Shown here one piece after another: positions 35,337 through 44,347 of a stretch of DNA of 64,000 nucleotides. Location of the stretch: assembly GCA_045639585.1 (NCBI GenBank), contig JAZUDJ010000088.1, positions 562 to 64,561 on the forward strand, in the 5' to 3' direction. The translations under genes were made by a program, and so were the position numbers. The stretch is from Bacteroidales bacterium (lineage in GTDB: Bacteria; Bacteroidota; Bacteroidia; Bacteroidales; UBA3663). Under the pieces are notes generated by a model. It ran no database searches. It saw nothing but the letters and a program-made list of their open reading frames with translations, and was not told the origin of the DNA. The first letter of the stretch is position 1; the number at the start of each line of letters is the position of its first letter.

Positions 35337-37121
35337 TTATAAACAATTTATGACCTCATCATAGTTTATAGTCCCTCTAAGCAATCTAGGACGTTTATCA
35401 TTATAAAAAGGACTAAGGATATCATTCTTGGGATTATATGATTCTGTTGTAATACCTCCAAGAGATAATAATAAATGTGGTATATTATCAGTCATATAAG
35501 CGTTATCTTTCACCTCTTTAATCCGCTCCCATATAGAAGGATTTGCCCTAATGAATTCTGACGATCCCCAAATCCAGAATGGTATTTCAAATTGTTGCTT
35601 GATTGAATTAGGTTCTTCTGAATAAGAACGGCCAAACATTTTGTTACCATCAAAACATTGTTCTCCATGATCTGGACAATAAACTACGATAGCATTTTTA
35701 TCTTTATATAAAGTCAAAATATCACACAGGATTTTGTCATTATACAATGTGGCATTATCATAGTCTGCCAATATCTCTATTTGATCAGGGGTAAGTTCAT
35801 TCCTGTCATACACATCTGGAGTAAACAATCTTTCATGCTCTGGATAACGCTGTCGATAATCAACATGCTGACCATAAAGGTGGAATATCGTGAGATTATT
35901 ATCAGTTTCAAATACTTTCAAAGAATCATAATCACAAATAAGACCATCATCATACTTATGAGATCCTGTATTGCGACAATCAAACTGAGCTGAAGAAAGC
36001 TTTGGAGTGTTGAATATAATCCCAGCACTATAATCCCATCGATTCTCGGCGATTGTTTTTACGAATTGGTTTGTAATAAAAGTAACATGATAACCTGATT
36101 TCTTAAATAACGATGGAAATAAAGGATAATCATACCAGTCTCCTTCATCGCCTATGCTATAGGTCGAAAACATTCTAGTGAATGACTCGTATGTATAATT
36201 CCATGATGACACGACATTTGTAAATGGAATCAAGGATCCTTCTGTTTTATATCTGACTTGATTGGGAGTTGTATGCAGTTTATACCCGTACAACTCGGAA
36301 TGTTGTTTATTATACGATTCTCCAATAATAAAAACGATATGAGGTAATCCCCTCCCCATTATTTTTGAAGAAGCTTCTAGTGTCGACGTTTCTAGTCTTT
36401 CGATATTTTCATTTGCCAATTGAACCGCTTTTATAGAATACATCAATTTGTATTCAGGAGAATAAAAACCAGTTACAAGTATATCATTGGACAGGTGTTG
36501 AAATTCACTAGAATTTGCACTCAGAAATCGATAAATTCCTTCTTTGTTTCTTAAGCTACAGAAAAAAGAGATTATTAATAAGGGGCCAATAGAAAAACAA
36601 AAAAATGAGTTCCACTTTCTTCTATATACATATTCCTGAATAGACTGCTTACACTTTCTATAGATAACAAAATGAGATACGGCAATAACAAATACCCACC
36701 ATATATTATTAATGACATCGCAAATTGGGAAATACGTTTGGAATGCTTCTGTTGCCTCTTGCGTATTAGTTTGTATAAACAATTGCAACAAAGACGGACT
36801 TATTCCCTGGCCTGTTATTCTCAAACTTTCTAACTCAACTATAACCAGGAGATATGCAATGAATGAAAACAAACAAGATAAAATATAGCGAAAAGAATCT
36901 GGGATTAGAGAGAGTATAAATGACATCATATAGACGTCAAGAATAATTTCCATAATCAGTCGGAAAAAGATTGTCCCTTCTATCGTAGATAAAGCAATTT
37001 GAAGAATGCACATCATTACAAAAAAAGTAGCATTCTTCAAGATAGGATTTATTATTAACCGAAAGACGCACTTCATTACTATTTTCTTGTCTGTTACCGA
37101 TGCAGCTTGTCTATAACCCAT
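35337..37121 (-). CDS. sulfatase-fold hydrolase/transferase with an N-terminal membrane domain (phosphoethanolamine-transferase/LTA-synthase-like)
   Basis: An N-terminal region of about 5 TM helices, then PHIVFIIGESYNKQHSELYGY and YCPDHGEQ. The start may be ATG 37076 (MKCVFRL). Confidence 0.75.
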   Translation of the reverse strand: MGYRQAASVTDKKIVMKCVFRLIINPILKNATFFVMMCILQIALSTIEGTIFFRLIMEIILDVYMMSFILSLIPDSFRYILSCLFSFIAYLLVIVELESLRITGQGISPSLLQLFIQTNTQEATEAFQTYFPICDVINNIWWVFVIAVSHFVIYRKCKQSIQEYVYRRKWNSFFCFSIGPLLIISFFCSLRNKEGIYRFLSANSSEFQHLSNDILVTGFYSPEYKLMYSIKAVQLANENIERLETSTLEASSKIMGRGLPHIVFIIGESYNKQHSELYGYKLHTTPNQVRYKTEGSLIPFTNVVSSWNYTYESFTRMFSTYSIGDEGDWYDYPLFPSLFKKSGYHVTFITNQFVKTIAENRWDYSAGIIFNTPKLSSAQFDCRNTGSHKYDDGLICDYDSLKVFETDNNLTIFHLYGQHVDYRQRYPEHERLFTPDVYDRNELTPDQIEILADYDNATLYNDKILCDILTLYKDKNAIVVYCPDHGEQCFDGNKMFGRSYSEEPNSIKQQFEIPFWIWGSSEFIRANPSIWERIKEVKDNAYMTDNIPHLLLSLGGITTESYNPKNDILSPFYNDKRPRLLRGTINYDEVINCL

Positions 37122-38617
37122 CCTTTAATTGCCAATTTAGTATCTTTTGTAAATCCTAAATTGTAAGCGAAGAAAGAAACAGATAATATGGAGGATATAG
37201 TTACGGCACATAATCGAATAAAACCCTCTTCCATCACATTATGAATATAAAATGGCAATACAAATGAAAGTAATGAAACTGAAATATTCCGTCCGTATAC
37301 ATTGAAAAAGTAGTCACAGATGGAGTAATCCAAAGATCTACGCAGTACGAAACATGCACACAATTCAGCAATGACTGTCATTACGATCGTTACCCAAAAC
37401 ACAGATGTTGGAGAATAACCGAAATATAAAAAAAGATATGCTACAGGCAATGTGGCACAAAGAATAACGCCAACAGTAAGATTAGATAACTTAATATGAC
37501 CCGTTGCATGCTGCATGGTAACTCTTTGTGTTTTAATACTCCATATTAAGCTGTTTCCAATTATTAATATGGTAAAAATCTCTGTATATGCAGGAAATTC
37601 GACTAACCATAATGTAAGCACGTAGTGAATCTCTAAACACAATGGCAACGCAAAGATATATAATAGGAAATAAGAAAGTGTACTAGTATTATAGACCAAC
37701 CTAAGCATATCCTGTATTTGTCCTTGGGCATAAAGTTTTATAATTTGTGGTTTAGATGCAACAACGAAATTACCAGAGAACTGGGCAACGGCACCCTGTA
37801 CGGTCATTGCTATTCCTCTTGCGGAGTTGATTGCAGGACCGAAAAACATGTTTAATAAAACATTCAGACCTTGTCCTTGTGCCAAAGAAGACAAACTGCC
37901 CAAAAAATCCCAAAAAGAATAGGAGAACATTTTCTGATAATAGGTGCGCTCCTTGTGAAAAGAAAACGCAGTTTCTTCAAATGCCCGATGGCAATAGATT
38001 CTATAAAAAAAGAAACTGATGAAAGAGCTTGCTAATCCTGCAACTGCCCAATATTTCAATTTGTCGAATGAAATGTATTGTAATGCAATAACTAATACGA
38101 ACTTCAATGCTACATCAAGAATAGAAAGATATGCATATACACCCATCTTCTCATGTGCAATTATTAGCGAGTTATAAGGTACAAGTGTGATAGAAATGAC
38201 TGCACTAATAATAGCACACTGATATATCCATAAAGCTGCATCTATTCTGGGTGCCGGAATAACCATTTTATTATATAGGAACCATAGCCCTATAGTTTCT
38301 GACAAAAGTATAATAACAAAAGCCAAAAACCAATGGTTCACTACTGCTGCAGAAAATGTTTTTCGCATTCTATCAAGATTTCCTAAACCTAATTCAAAAG
38401 TTAAGAATCTTGAAGTTGCGCCACTTAATGCCCCATTCAAAAAAGTAAACATAGAAAGTATGCCACCTACAACACTATATAGGCCATAATCGACCTCTCC
38501 TAATTGCTGTAATACGATTCTTGATGTGTACAATGAAACTAACATTGTCACACCCATACGTATGTACAACATAATAGTATTCTTTGCTATACGCTTGTTC
38601 CCTGACGATTCTGACAT
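37094..38617 (-). CDS. wzx: Wzx-type polysaccharide flippase (MOP/PST family)
   Basis: 507 aa with about 12-14 hydrophobic helices. The N-terminus NKRIAKNTIMLYIRMGVTMLVSLYTSRIVLQQLG is typical of PST flippases. Confidence 0.8.
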   Translation of the reverse strand: MSESSGNKRIAKNTIMLYIRMGVTMLVSLYTSRIVLQQLGEVDYGLYSVVGGILSMFTFLNGALSGATSRFLTFELGLGNLDRMRKTFSAAVVNHWFLAFVIILLSETIGLWFLYNKMVIPAPRIDAALWIYQCAIISAVISITLVPYNSLIIAHEKMGVYAYLSILDVALKFVLVIALQYISFDKLKYWAVAGLASSFISFFFYRIYCHRAFEETAFSFHKERTYYQKMFSYSFWDFLGSLSSLAQGQGLNVLLNMFFGPAINSARGIAMTVQGAVAQFSGNFVVASKPQIIKLYAQGQIQDMLRLVYNTSTLSYFLLYIFALPLCLEIHYVLTLWLVEFPAYTEIFTILIIGNSLIWSIKTQRVTMQHATGHIKLSNLTVGVILCATLPVAYLFLYFGYSPTSVFWVTIVMTVIAELCACFVLRRSLDYSICDYFFNVYGRNISVSLLSFVLPFYIHNVMEEGFIRLCAVTISSILSVSFFAYNLGFTKDTKLAIKGWVIDKLHR

Positions 38618-38645
38618 AATAATATGCTTATTTCCCTATACCAAT

Positions 38646-39488
38646 CTATACGGTATCCATAAAGTTGCGCTCGGTATGAGAAAAGACAATGACGCTTAGG
38701 AAGAGGCCGACAAACATGAAGATGGTGCTGTAGAGGAGTCCTCCCCAATCAAGAGTGCCACATCCGAGGCTGGAGTATTTGAAAGCCTCGAAAATAGGAG
38801 TCAAAGGATTTAGGGCAATGATTTCGCGATACTTCTCTGGAGCGGCGCTCAGTGGATAGATGACTGGGGTGGCATACATGAATAGCTGGATGCCAAACTG
38901 AATGAGAAACTTGAGGTCGCGATACTTTGTGGTCAGCGAGGAGATGATCAGACCCCAGCTCATAGAATGGAGAGCGAGCAATACCACTAAAAGTGGGAGA
39001 ATGAGGAGTGAGGAATGAGGAGTAAGGAATTGACCTGCTTGGGTAAAGAACTTGAAATAGAGATATACCATTATGAAGAGGACGAGCTGAATGAGCATCT
39101 TCAGCAGGTTGCTCGTAGCAATGCTGAGGGGCACCACCAAACGTGGGAAATAGACCTTACCAAACACGTTGGCATTAGCAGAGAAGATATCAGAGCAAAG
39201 GGTGAAGGTCTCACTGAAATAATTCCAGAGCAAGATGCCAGCCATGTAAAAAAGTGGTTGAGGTGCCCCATCGGTACTGATGCCGGCTAGTCCACCAAAC
39301 ACAAACATGTACATAATGGTGGTAAAGACGGGCTGGATGACATACCATAACGGTCCAAGGATAGTCTGCTTGTACTTGGTGACGATATCACGCTTGACAT
39401 ACATGACATAAAGGTCGCGATAGCGCCATAAACCTTTGATATCAATATCCAATAGGCCTCGACGTGGGGTGATTACATGTTCCTGCAT
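38646..39488 (-). CDS. wzm: ABC-2 type polysaccharide exporter permease (Wzm/TagG/KpsM-like)
   Basis: 280 aa with six hydrophobic helices and an ABC-2 pattern (KYKQTILGPLWYVIQP). The ATPase partner lies 8.5 kb upstream at 48037-49317. Confidence 0.8.
   Translation of the reverse strand: MQEHVITPRRGLLDIDIKGLWRYRDLYVMYVKRDIVTKYKQTILGPLWYVIQPVFTTIMYMFVFGGLAGISTDGAPQPLFYMAGILLWNYFSETFTLCSDIFSANANVFGKVYFPRLVVPLSIATSNLLKMLIQLVLFIMVYLYFKFFTQAGQFLTPHSSLLILPLLVVLLALHSMSWGLIISSLTTKYRDLKFLIQFGIQLFMYATPVIYPLSAAPEKYREIIALNPLTPIFEAFKYSSLGCGTLDWGGLLYSTIFMFVGLFLSVIVFSHTERNFMDTV
38998..39032 (+). repeat. heptamer tandem array, 5 units, inside the wzm ORF (antisense orientation)
   Basis: AGAATGA GGAGTGA GGAATGA GGAGTAA GGAATTG. 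Read on the gene strand as FLTPHSSLLIL. Confidence 0.85.
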
Positions 39489-39556
39489 AATAAAAGCTTC
39501 GCTAGAGCCACATCCATAATGGATATGGTTCTACCGTATGTCTAAAATATCTTGTG

Positions 39557-39564
39557 CAAATATA
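39557..39564 (-). promoter_or_regulatory. candidate -7 box for a wzm-led transcription unit
   Basis: The minus strand reads TATATTTG (TAnnTTTG), about 70 nt upstream of the wzm ATG. No clear -33 box. Confidence 0.3.
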
Positions 39565-39659
39565 ATAATATTTAATGATATTGGTAATTTATTGGATAAA
39601 AAAAAGCAAAAATCAATTGATTTTCGAACGTTTTAAATGAATAATATGTTTTATAACAT

Positions 39660-39687
39660 AAAAAACGCAGCCACTTATGTGACTGCG
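39660..39687 (-). terminator. intrinsic terminator directly after glf
   Basis: CGCAGCCAC-TTAT-GTGACTGCG (39666-39687, 9-bp stem with 1 mismatch). On the minus strand it is followed by TTTTTT (A6 at 39660-39665 on plus). It lies 5 nt from the glf stop. Confidence 0.6.
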
Positions 39688-39691
39688 CGAT

Positions 39692-40822
39692 TTATATCTT
39701 AAAATAGCTCATTGCTTTCTCTATCACCGGAGCCATATCATAATATCGATATTCTGCCAACCGGCCACCAAAGATGACGTCCGTCTCTTGTTCGACTAGC
39801 CGTCGATAGGCAGCTGCTAATTCATTATTGCGATTATCATTGACTGGATAATAAGGCTCCATCCCTAGCGAATACTCCTCTGAATATTCCTCACTGATTA
39901 CGGTCTTTGGACAATTATACAATTCCTGCCCGAACATCTCGAAGTGCTTATGCTCTATGACGCGGGTATATGGGATCTCATGGCTGGTGAAGTTGATGAC
40001 TGCATTGTTCTGATAATTCGGAGTATCCTCTACTCGTGTTCTGAAAGATACTGTACGCCAATCCAAACGACCTAAACTGTAACCAAAATATTCATCAATG
40101 GGTCCTGTATAAATTAATTGAGAGGCCATGTCCTGCCAATGGTCTTTGAAACGATCGAAGAAATCACATTCTGTAACACACTCAATGCCGCAAAGAAGAC
40201 CTTCGATAAGCTTATTATAACCTCCGATTGGGATGCCTTGATACTTATCGTTGAAATAGTTATTGTCAAATGTCATGCGTACCGGGAGCCGGCGAATGAT
40301 GAAGGCGGGCAGCTCTTTGCATTTACGCCCCCATTGCTTCTCTGTATATTCTTTAATCAGTTTCTCAAAGATATCTTTACCGACCATACAAAGCGCCTGT
40401 TCCTCCAGGTTCTGCGGGCCACGCCCATTCAATGCTGCTATAGCGTTAGCCTTTTGTTCCTCGATTCGCTTCTGGGCCTCTTCTGGGGAATGTACGTCTG
40501 GCCACATCTGGATGAATGTATTCATATTGAATGGCAGATTGAACAATTCTCCCTTGTAATTCGCTAATGGGCAATTGATAAAACTATTAAATTCGACGAT
40601 GGAATTGACGAAGTCCCAAACTTGCTTGTTAGAGGTATGGAAGATGTGAGGACCATATTTATGGACGTGGATGCCCTCGATATTCTCACAATAGACATTG
40701 CCGCCAAGATGAGAGCGCTTGTCGATGACCAGACATTTCTTCCCCTCTTTATTTGCTAGATGGGCAAAGGTGGCGCCAAAAAGGCCAGAACCGACAATGA
40801 GGTAGTCGTATCTTTGAGGCAT
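39692..40822 (-). CDS. glf: UDP-galactopyranose mutase
   Basis: YDYLIVGSGLFGATFA FAD fold. 376 aa. Characteristic ...HKYGPHIFHT... and the C-terminal FGGRLAEYRYYDM. Confidence 0.95.
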   Translation of the reverse strand: MPQRYDYLIVGSGLFGATFAHLANKEGKKCLVIDKRSHLGGNVYCENIEGIHVHKYGPHIFHTSNKQVWDFVNSIVEFNSFINCPLANYKGELFNLPFNMNTFIQMWPDVHSPEEAQKRIEEQKANAIAALNGRGPQNLEEQALCMVGKDIFEKLIKEYTEKQWGRKCKELPAFIIRRLPVRMTFDNNYFNDKYQGIPIGGYNKLIEGLLCGIECVTECDFFDRFKDHWQDMASQLIYTGPIDEYFGYSLGRLDWRTVSFRTRVEDTPNYQNNAVINFTSHEIPYTRVIEHKHFEMFGQELYNCPKTVISEEYSEEYSLGMEPYYPVNDNRNNELAAAYRRLVEQETDVIFGGRLAEYRYYDMAPVIEKAMSYFKI

Positions 40823-40824
40823 AT

Positions 40825-41931
40825 TTACTTCAGTTTCTGGAAGAATTCGTCATGACAATAAAGCATCTGTTCCTTGCGGAATCGTCGGATGCTATCCTGC
40901 GATCGTTGTGCATAATGCTGAAGAAGGCCAGAGGTGGTGAGCATTTGGCTCAAACCGTCATAAAGGCCCTGTTCTGAGTTATCGACAACCAACCCATATT
41001 CGTTCGCCTTGCCTAACAGTTCCTCTGCACCGCTGCATCGCGTACTCACGACGGGGGTACCGAGTAGCAATGACTCGATAACGGTGGTGGAAAGGCCTTC
41101 GTTATGCGAAGAGCAGACATATAGATCGGCCTGCGCCATATAGGGATAAGGATTGTTCCGAAAACCGAGGAGATGTACAGTGTCTTGTAATTGTAATTCT
41201 CTCACTAGCGGCTTCAGTTCGGACTCTTGAGGCCCTGTCCCGATGAGATACAGATGGTGTAAAATGCCCGAATCCAAGAGTTGTCGATGAACACGAATCA
41301 ATCGATCATAACCTTTGACTGGAGCTAAGCAGCCGACACTGATAACATTACAGGAGGTGGGAAAAGGAAGATCCGCCATCGACGATTGTGATAAACGGAG
41401 TACTCGTTCGCTATCGATGATATTATAAAGCAAATCACACTTTCTGTCTAAAAGCTTCTCTATATGCTGACGGATAGTATCAGAGACGGCCACTACCCTA
41501 TCAAATTTGGCATAACAGCTGATGGTCTCCTGCTCGCTGCGAAAACAATAAGAAAGTGACGACATGTCTGGTTGGTCGATATGTATCCAAGCCACTTTCT
41601 TTGAGTCAGGATAGGGGCAACCAGAGATAATACGTGTAGTGGAGCCTTCCAGATAAGCAACCGCCACATCATATTTTTTTTTGACAATGAGACGATAGAG
41701 CCACTGCGGAGAGAAAAACTTCATCAACTGTACATAGCCGCGAAGGAGGAACGGCAGGCCGGGACGATACTCTACCTTAGAACTGAGGTCTTTCCGCAAC
41801 TCTCCCACATCAAACAATGTCTGCACTGTGATGCGATACTCGTTCTTGTCAAGGCCATTAACCAGGTTGACAAGGACTCGCTCTGCACCACGAGTAGCAA
41901 GGGAAGGAATGAGGAAGAGAAGGGACTTCAT
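40825..41931 (-). CDS. glycosyltransferase family 4
   Basis: LYVCSSHNEGLSTTVIESLLLGTPVVSTRCSGAEELL. ATG at 41931 (MKSLLFLIPSLATRGAERV) preferred over 41994. Confidence 0.85.
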   Translation of the reverse strand: MKSLLFLIPSLATRGAERVLVNLVNGLDKNEYRITVQTLFDVGELRKDLSSKVEYRPGLPFLLRGYVQLMKFFSPQWLYRLIVKKKYDVAVAYLEGSTTRIISGCPYPDSKKVAWIHIDQPDMSSLSYCFRSEQETISCYAKFDRVVAVSDTIRQHIEKLLDRKCDLLYNIIDSERVLRLSQSSMADLPFPTSCNVISVGCLAPVKGYDRLIRVHRQLLDSGILHHLYLIGTGPQESELKPLVRELQLQDTVHLLGFRNNPYPYMAQADLYVCSSHNEGLSTTVIESLLLGTPVVSTRCSGAEELLGKANEYGLVVDNSEQGLYDGLSQMLTTSGLLQHYAQRSQDSIRRFRKEQMLYCHDEFFQKLK

Positions 41932-41978
41932 GAAGGGAAAAAGGAGAAGGATGAAGGGAAAAATGATAGACAAGAAGG

Positions 41979-42884
41979 CTACAGAAGAAGCCAAGAAGGT
42001 GCGTAAAGGGCGACGGGGGTGCTATCGTTCATCCAGCGACGTGGAGCAATGACAAGTTGGTCATTACTATGGGCAAGGTACTGCATCCACCAAGAGAAGG
42101 AACTATTGGATAGAATATGATGACGGCAAAGAGTACCAAGATAAAGGGACTGTTGATCGGTGAATGACGATGGGACGATGGTAATCTGGTGATCAGGAAC
42201 CAGATGATTGTGTATTATCTGGATGGCCAGCTCGGGGTCATCGGAGAAGAGGAAGAAATGGGCATCAGGATGATATTGAAGCATCTGACTGATGGCTTGC
42301 TGATAGTATTCTGCATCACAGACATGATGGCGAAGAGAGGACAGATAATCTCCAAGACGGACATGAAGGCAGACGGCATTGCAAGACTGAATCTGTGAAG
42401 CAAGAGACTCACAAGAACAGACTATATCTTTTGAGAAAGAAAAGTCCTGACGAATCTGGTCTTGATAGTCCTCAAAGTATTGCTCCGACTGGAAGTACCC
42501 GCTGCAATAGAGTTTCTGTCCACGGAGTCTTTTTTCTCGAAATGGCAGGTAGCCATCGAGGCAGAAAAATACTCCACAAAAGTTAATTAGCGGCTGAACG
42601 AATCGCTCGGCCTTATATAATGATACGGGATGGTTGGCTAATAGTTTTGCCAGTTTGCCCATAAATCTGGCAGCGAATTTTGTCAGAAAAGGCAGATCAT
42701 CAAAACTATCTTTGTATTGTATGCTTTCTGCTAAAGCAAAACAGTCCAAGCGAGATTCCTCCTGTCCGACCAAATAACATTGAGTGATATTCATCCGCAA
42801 CATTACAGTTCGGGCAAAGGCATACTGAAACATTTGGTTCCCGAGGCGGTTGTTGTGACGAACGAACAAGATACGCGAGGTCAT
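41979..42884 (-). CDS. GT11 alpha-1,2-fucosyltransferase
   Basis: NRLGNQMFQYAFA and LHVRLGDY (the GT11 signature motifs). Confidence 0.85.
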   Translation of the reverse strand: MTSRILFVRHNNRLGNQMFQYAFARTVMLRMNITQCYLVGQEESRLDCFALAESIQYKDSFDDLPFLTKFAARFMGKLAKLLANHPVSLYKAERFVQPLINFCGVFFCLDGYLPFREKRLRGQKLYCSGYFQSEQYFEDYQDQIRQDFSFSKDIVCSCESLASQIQSCNAVCLHVRLGDYLSSLRHHVCDAEYYQQAISQMLQYHPDAHFFLFSDDPELAIQIIHNHLVPDHQITIVPSSFTDQQSLYLGTLCRHHILSNSSFSWWMQYLAHSNDQLVIAPRRWMNDSTPVALYAPSWLLL

Positions 42885-44347
42885 AAAACACGTTTGTATA
42901 GAGAGAGATTATGACGATGCTCAGAATGAGTACATGCCACAGACTGATAATGCTGTAATAGGAAATGAGTCTCAGCTTTCTGCGGATCTAAATCATTTTC
43001 ATCCACAATCACCCAAAGAGGTTGTTGATCAACGAATGATGGCTGCGGATATGTGTCAACAGTAAGACTAGGACGGTCGACACGATTGACGGGGAACAAA
43101 CGATGACAATAAGCGACATCTACAAAATGATAGATCATCGCATTCAAATTCCAGAGCTGATTACGTTTTGCAGGAGAGAGCATATCAATAACCTGTGCGA
43201 ACTCCTGCTGAAATTCAGTGTTTATAGAATTCTCCTGATAATACTTCCACTCATTGCCGACAACATATTTACACATGTAAATACTTGTCAATAGCAATAC
43301 CGATAATGCAAGATGCAGATGATTCTTGGACAAAAGGCAAAATGACACCAAGAAGGTAGGCATCAAGATCATCTGATAATGTGCATACCACGATTGTCCG
43401 ATAGTCAGATAGGTCAATAGAAAGGTCAAGACTAAAGATAATACAAGTCGAGACTGAGATGGCCTGTGGTATTTATACAAACACAAGCAGATAAAGATAA
43501 CGTGGAAGAAAACTGCAGGAAGAATTTTCCACAATGGGATCTCTGATGGAGTTGTGGCCTGATACTTAAAGAAATCAAAATTTACAATAATTGTAGCATA
43601 AATCCATTCGTAGATACCATATAGTCCTGCTTTCTGATAGAACCATAATGCTGCGGCAACAACAGGCAACAGGAATCCGATGGAAGCAAAGGCAATAAAG
43701 CGAGCAAGTGACACAAATTGCTTACGTTGGATTAAATCAATCAGCCACAATAACAATATCGCTAGCAACGGAACTGCGTTATTCAATCGAAGTAAAGAAA
43801 GAAATCCGATGCACAAGCCATAAAAAAAAGAATGAGATGGATGGATATCTGTTCTATCTCCCTGATATAAAGGGATGATATAAAACAATGGAATGATCAG
43901 CAGCAACAGACTCCACTCTTCGGTCAAACCACCATCGCCCAGATACCGAACAATAAATGTAACAAGTAATGGAAGAACCCAAGAATAGAAATGACATGAA
44001 TGAAGCAACAGATGCAAACGAAAGCAGAGGTAGAAAAAAATACTTAAGTGCAACCACTGTAACCCCAGGATTCCGTATTCTTCATCAAGTAAAAAAGCAA
44101 TATAGTTGATAAAATAGAGAAAGGGACCTTTATTATCAAAAACATCGACATAAGGAATCCTACCCTCTGCAATAGCCATACCGACGTACTGAAAGACACG
44201 TCCATCGGAATATGCCAGATTATAAATAGGTGATGTGGTAGCAGAAAAAAACAGAAGAACAATCGCTGAGACTACCACGCTAATAAGGAAAGGATAAATA
44301 TGCTCTCTCCTGACCCGTGAATCAAACATATCGAGCCTTAATGCCAT
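42881..44347 (-). CDS. polytopic membrane protein, GT-C (ArnT/PMT-like) glycosyltransferase or polymerase
   Basis: 488 aa with more than 10 helices. The first periplasmic loop, RIPYVDVFDNKGPFLYFINY, resembles the GT-C D/E loop motif. Confidence 0.5.
   Translation of the reverse strand: MALRLDMFDSRVRREHIYPFLISVVVSAIVLLFFSATTSPIYNLAYSDGRVFQYVGMAIAEGRIPYVDVFDNKGPFLYFINYIAFLLDEEYGILGLQWLHLSIFFYLCFRLHLLLHSCHFYSWVLPLLVTFIVRYLGDGGLTEEWSLLLLIIPLFYIIPLYQGDRTDIHPSHSFFYGLCIGFLSLLRLNNAVPLLAILLLWLIDLIQRKQFVSLARFIAFASIGFLLPVVAAALWFYQKAGLYGIYEWIYATIIVNFDFFKYQATTPSEIPLWKILPAVFFHVIFICLCLYKYHRPSQSRLVLSLVLTFLLTYLTIGQSWYAHYQMILMPTFLVSFCLLSKNHLHLALSVLLLTSIYMCKYVVGNEWKYYQENSINTEFQQEFAQVIDMLSPAKRNQLWNLNAMIYHFVDVAYCHRLFPVNRVDRPSLTVDTYPQPSFVDQQPLWVIVDENDLDPQKAETHFLLQHYQSVACTHSEHRHNLSLYKRVL

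Noticed and set aside
41190-41215. GTAATT GTAATT and AGTGAGA-like sequence inside GT4 gene 40825-41931
   Set aside because: The period is 6, not 7. The encoded VRELQLQDTVHLLG lies in the position where GT4 proteins normally have a conserved l-g-l-x-d-x-V-x-f-l-G segment. This is likely native coding sequence rather than a repeat insertion.
41932-41994. Purine-rich direct repeat ATGAAGGGAAAAA x2 between the GT11 and GT4 genes, and the 21-codon N-terminal extension of the GT4 ORF
   Set aside because: The extension (MASSVAFLSIIFPFILLLFPF) overlaps the GT11 gene, and the canonical GT4 N-terminus begins at ATG 41931. The repeat is short and single-locus, and I cannot attach a function to it.
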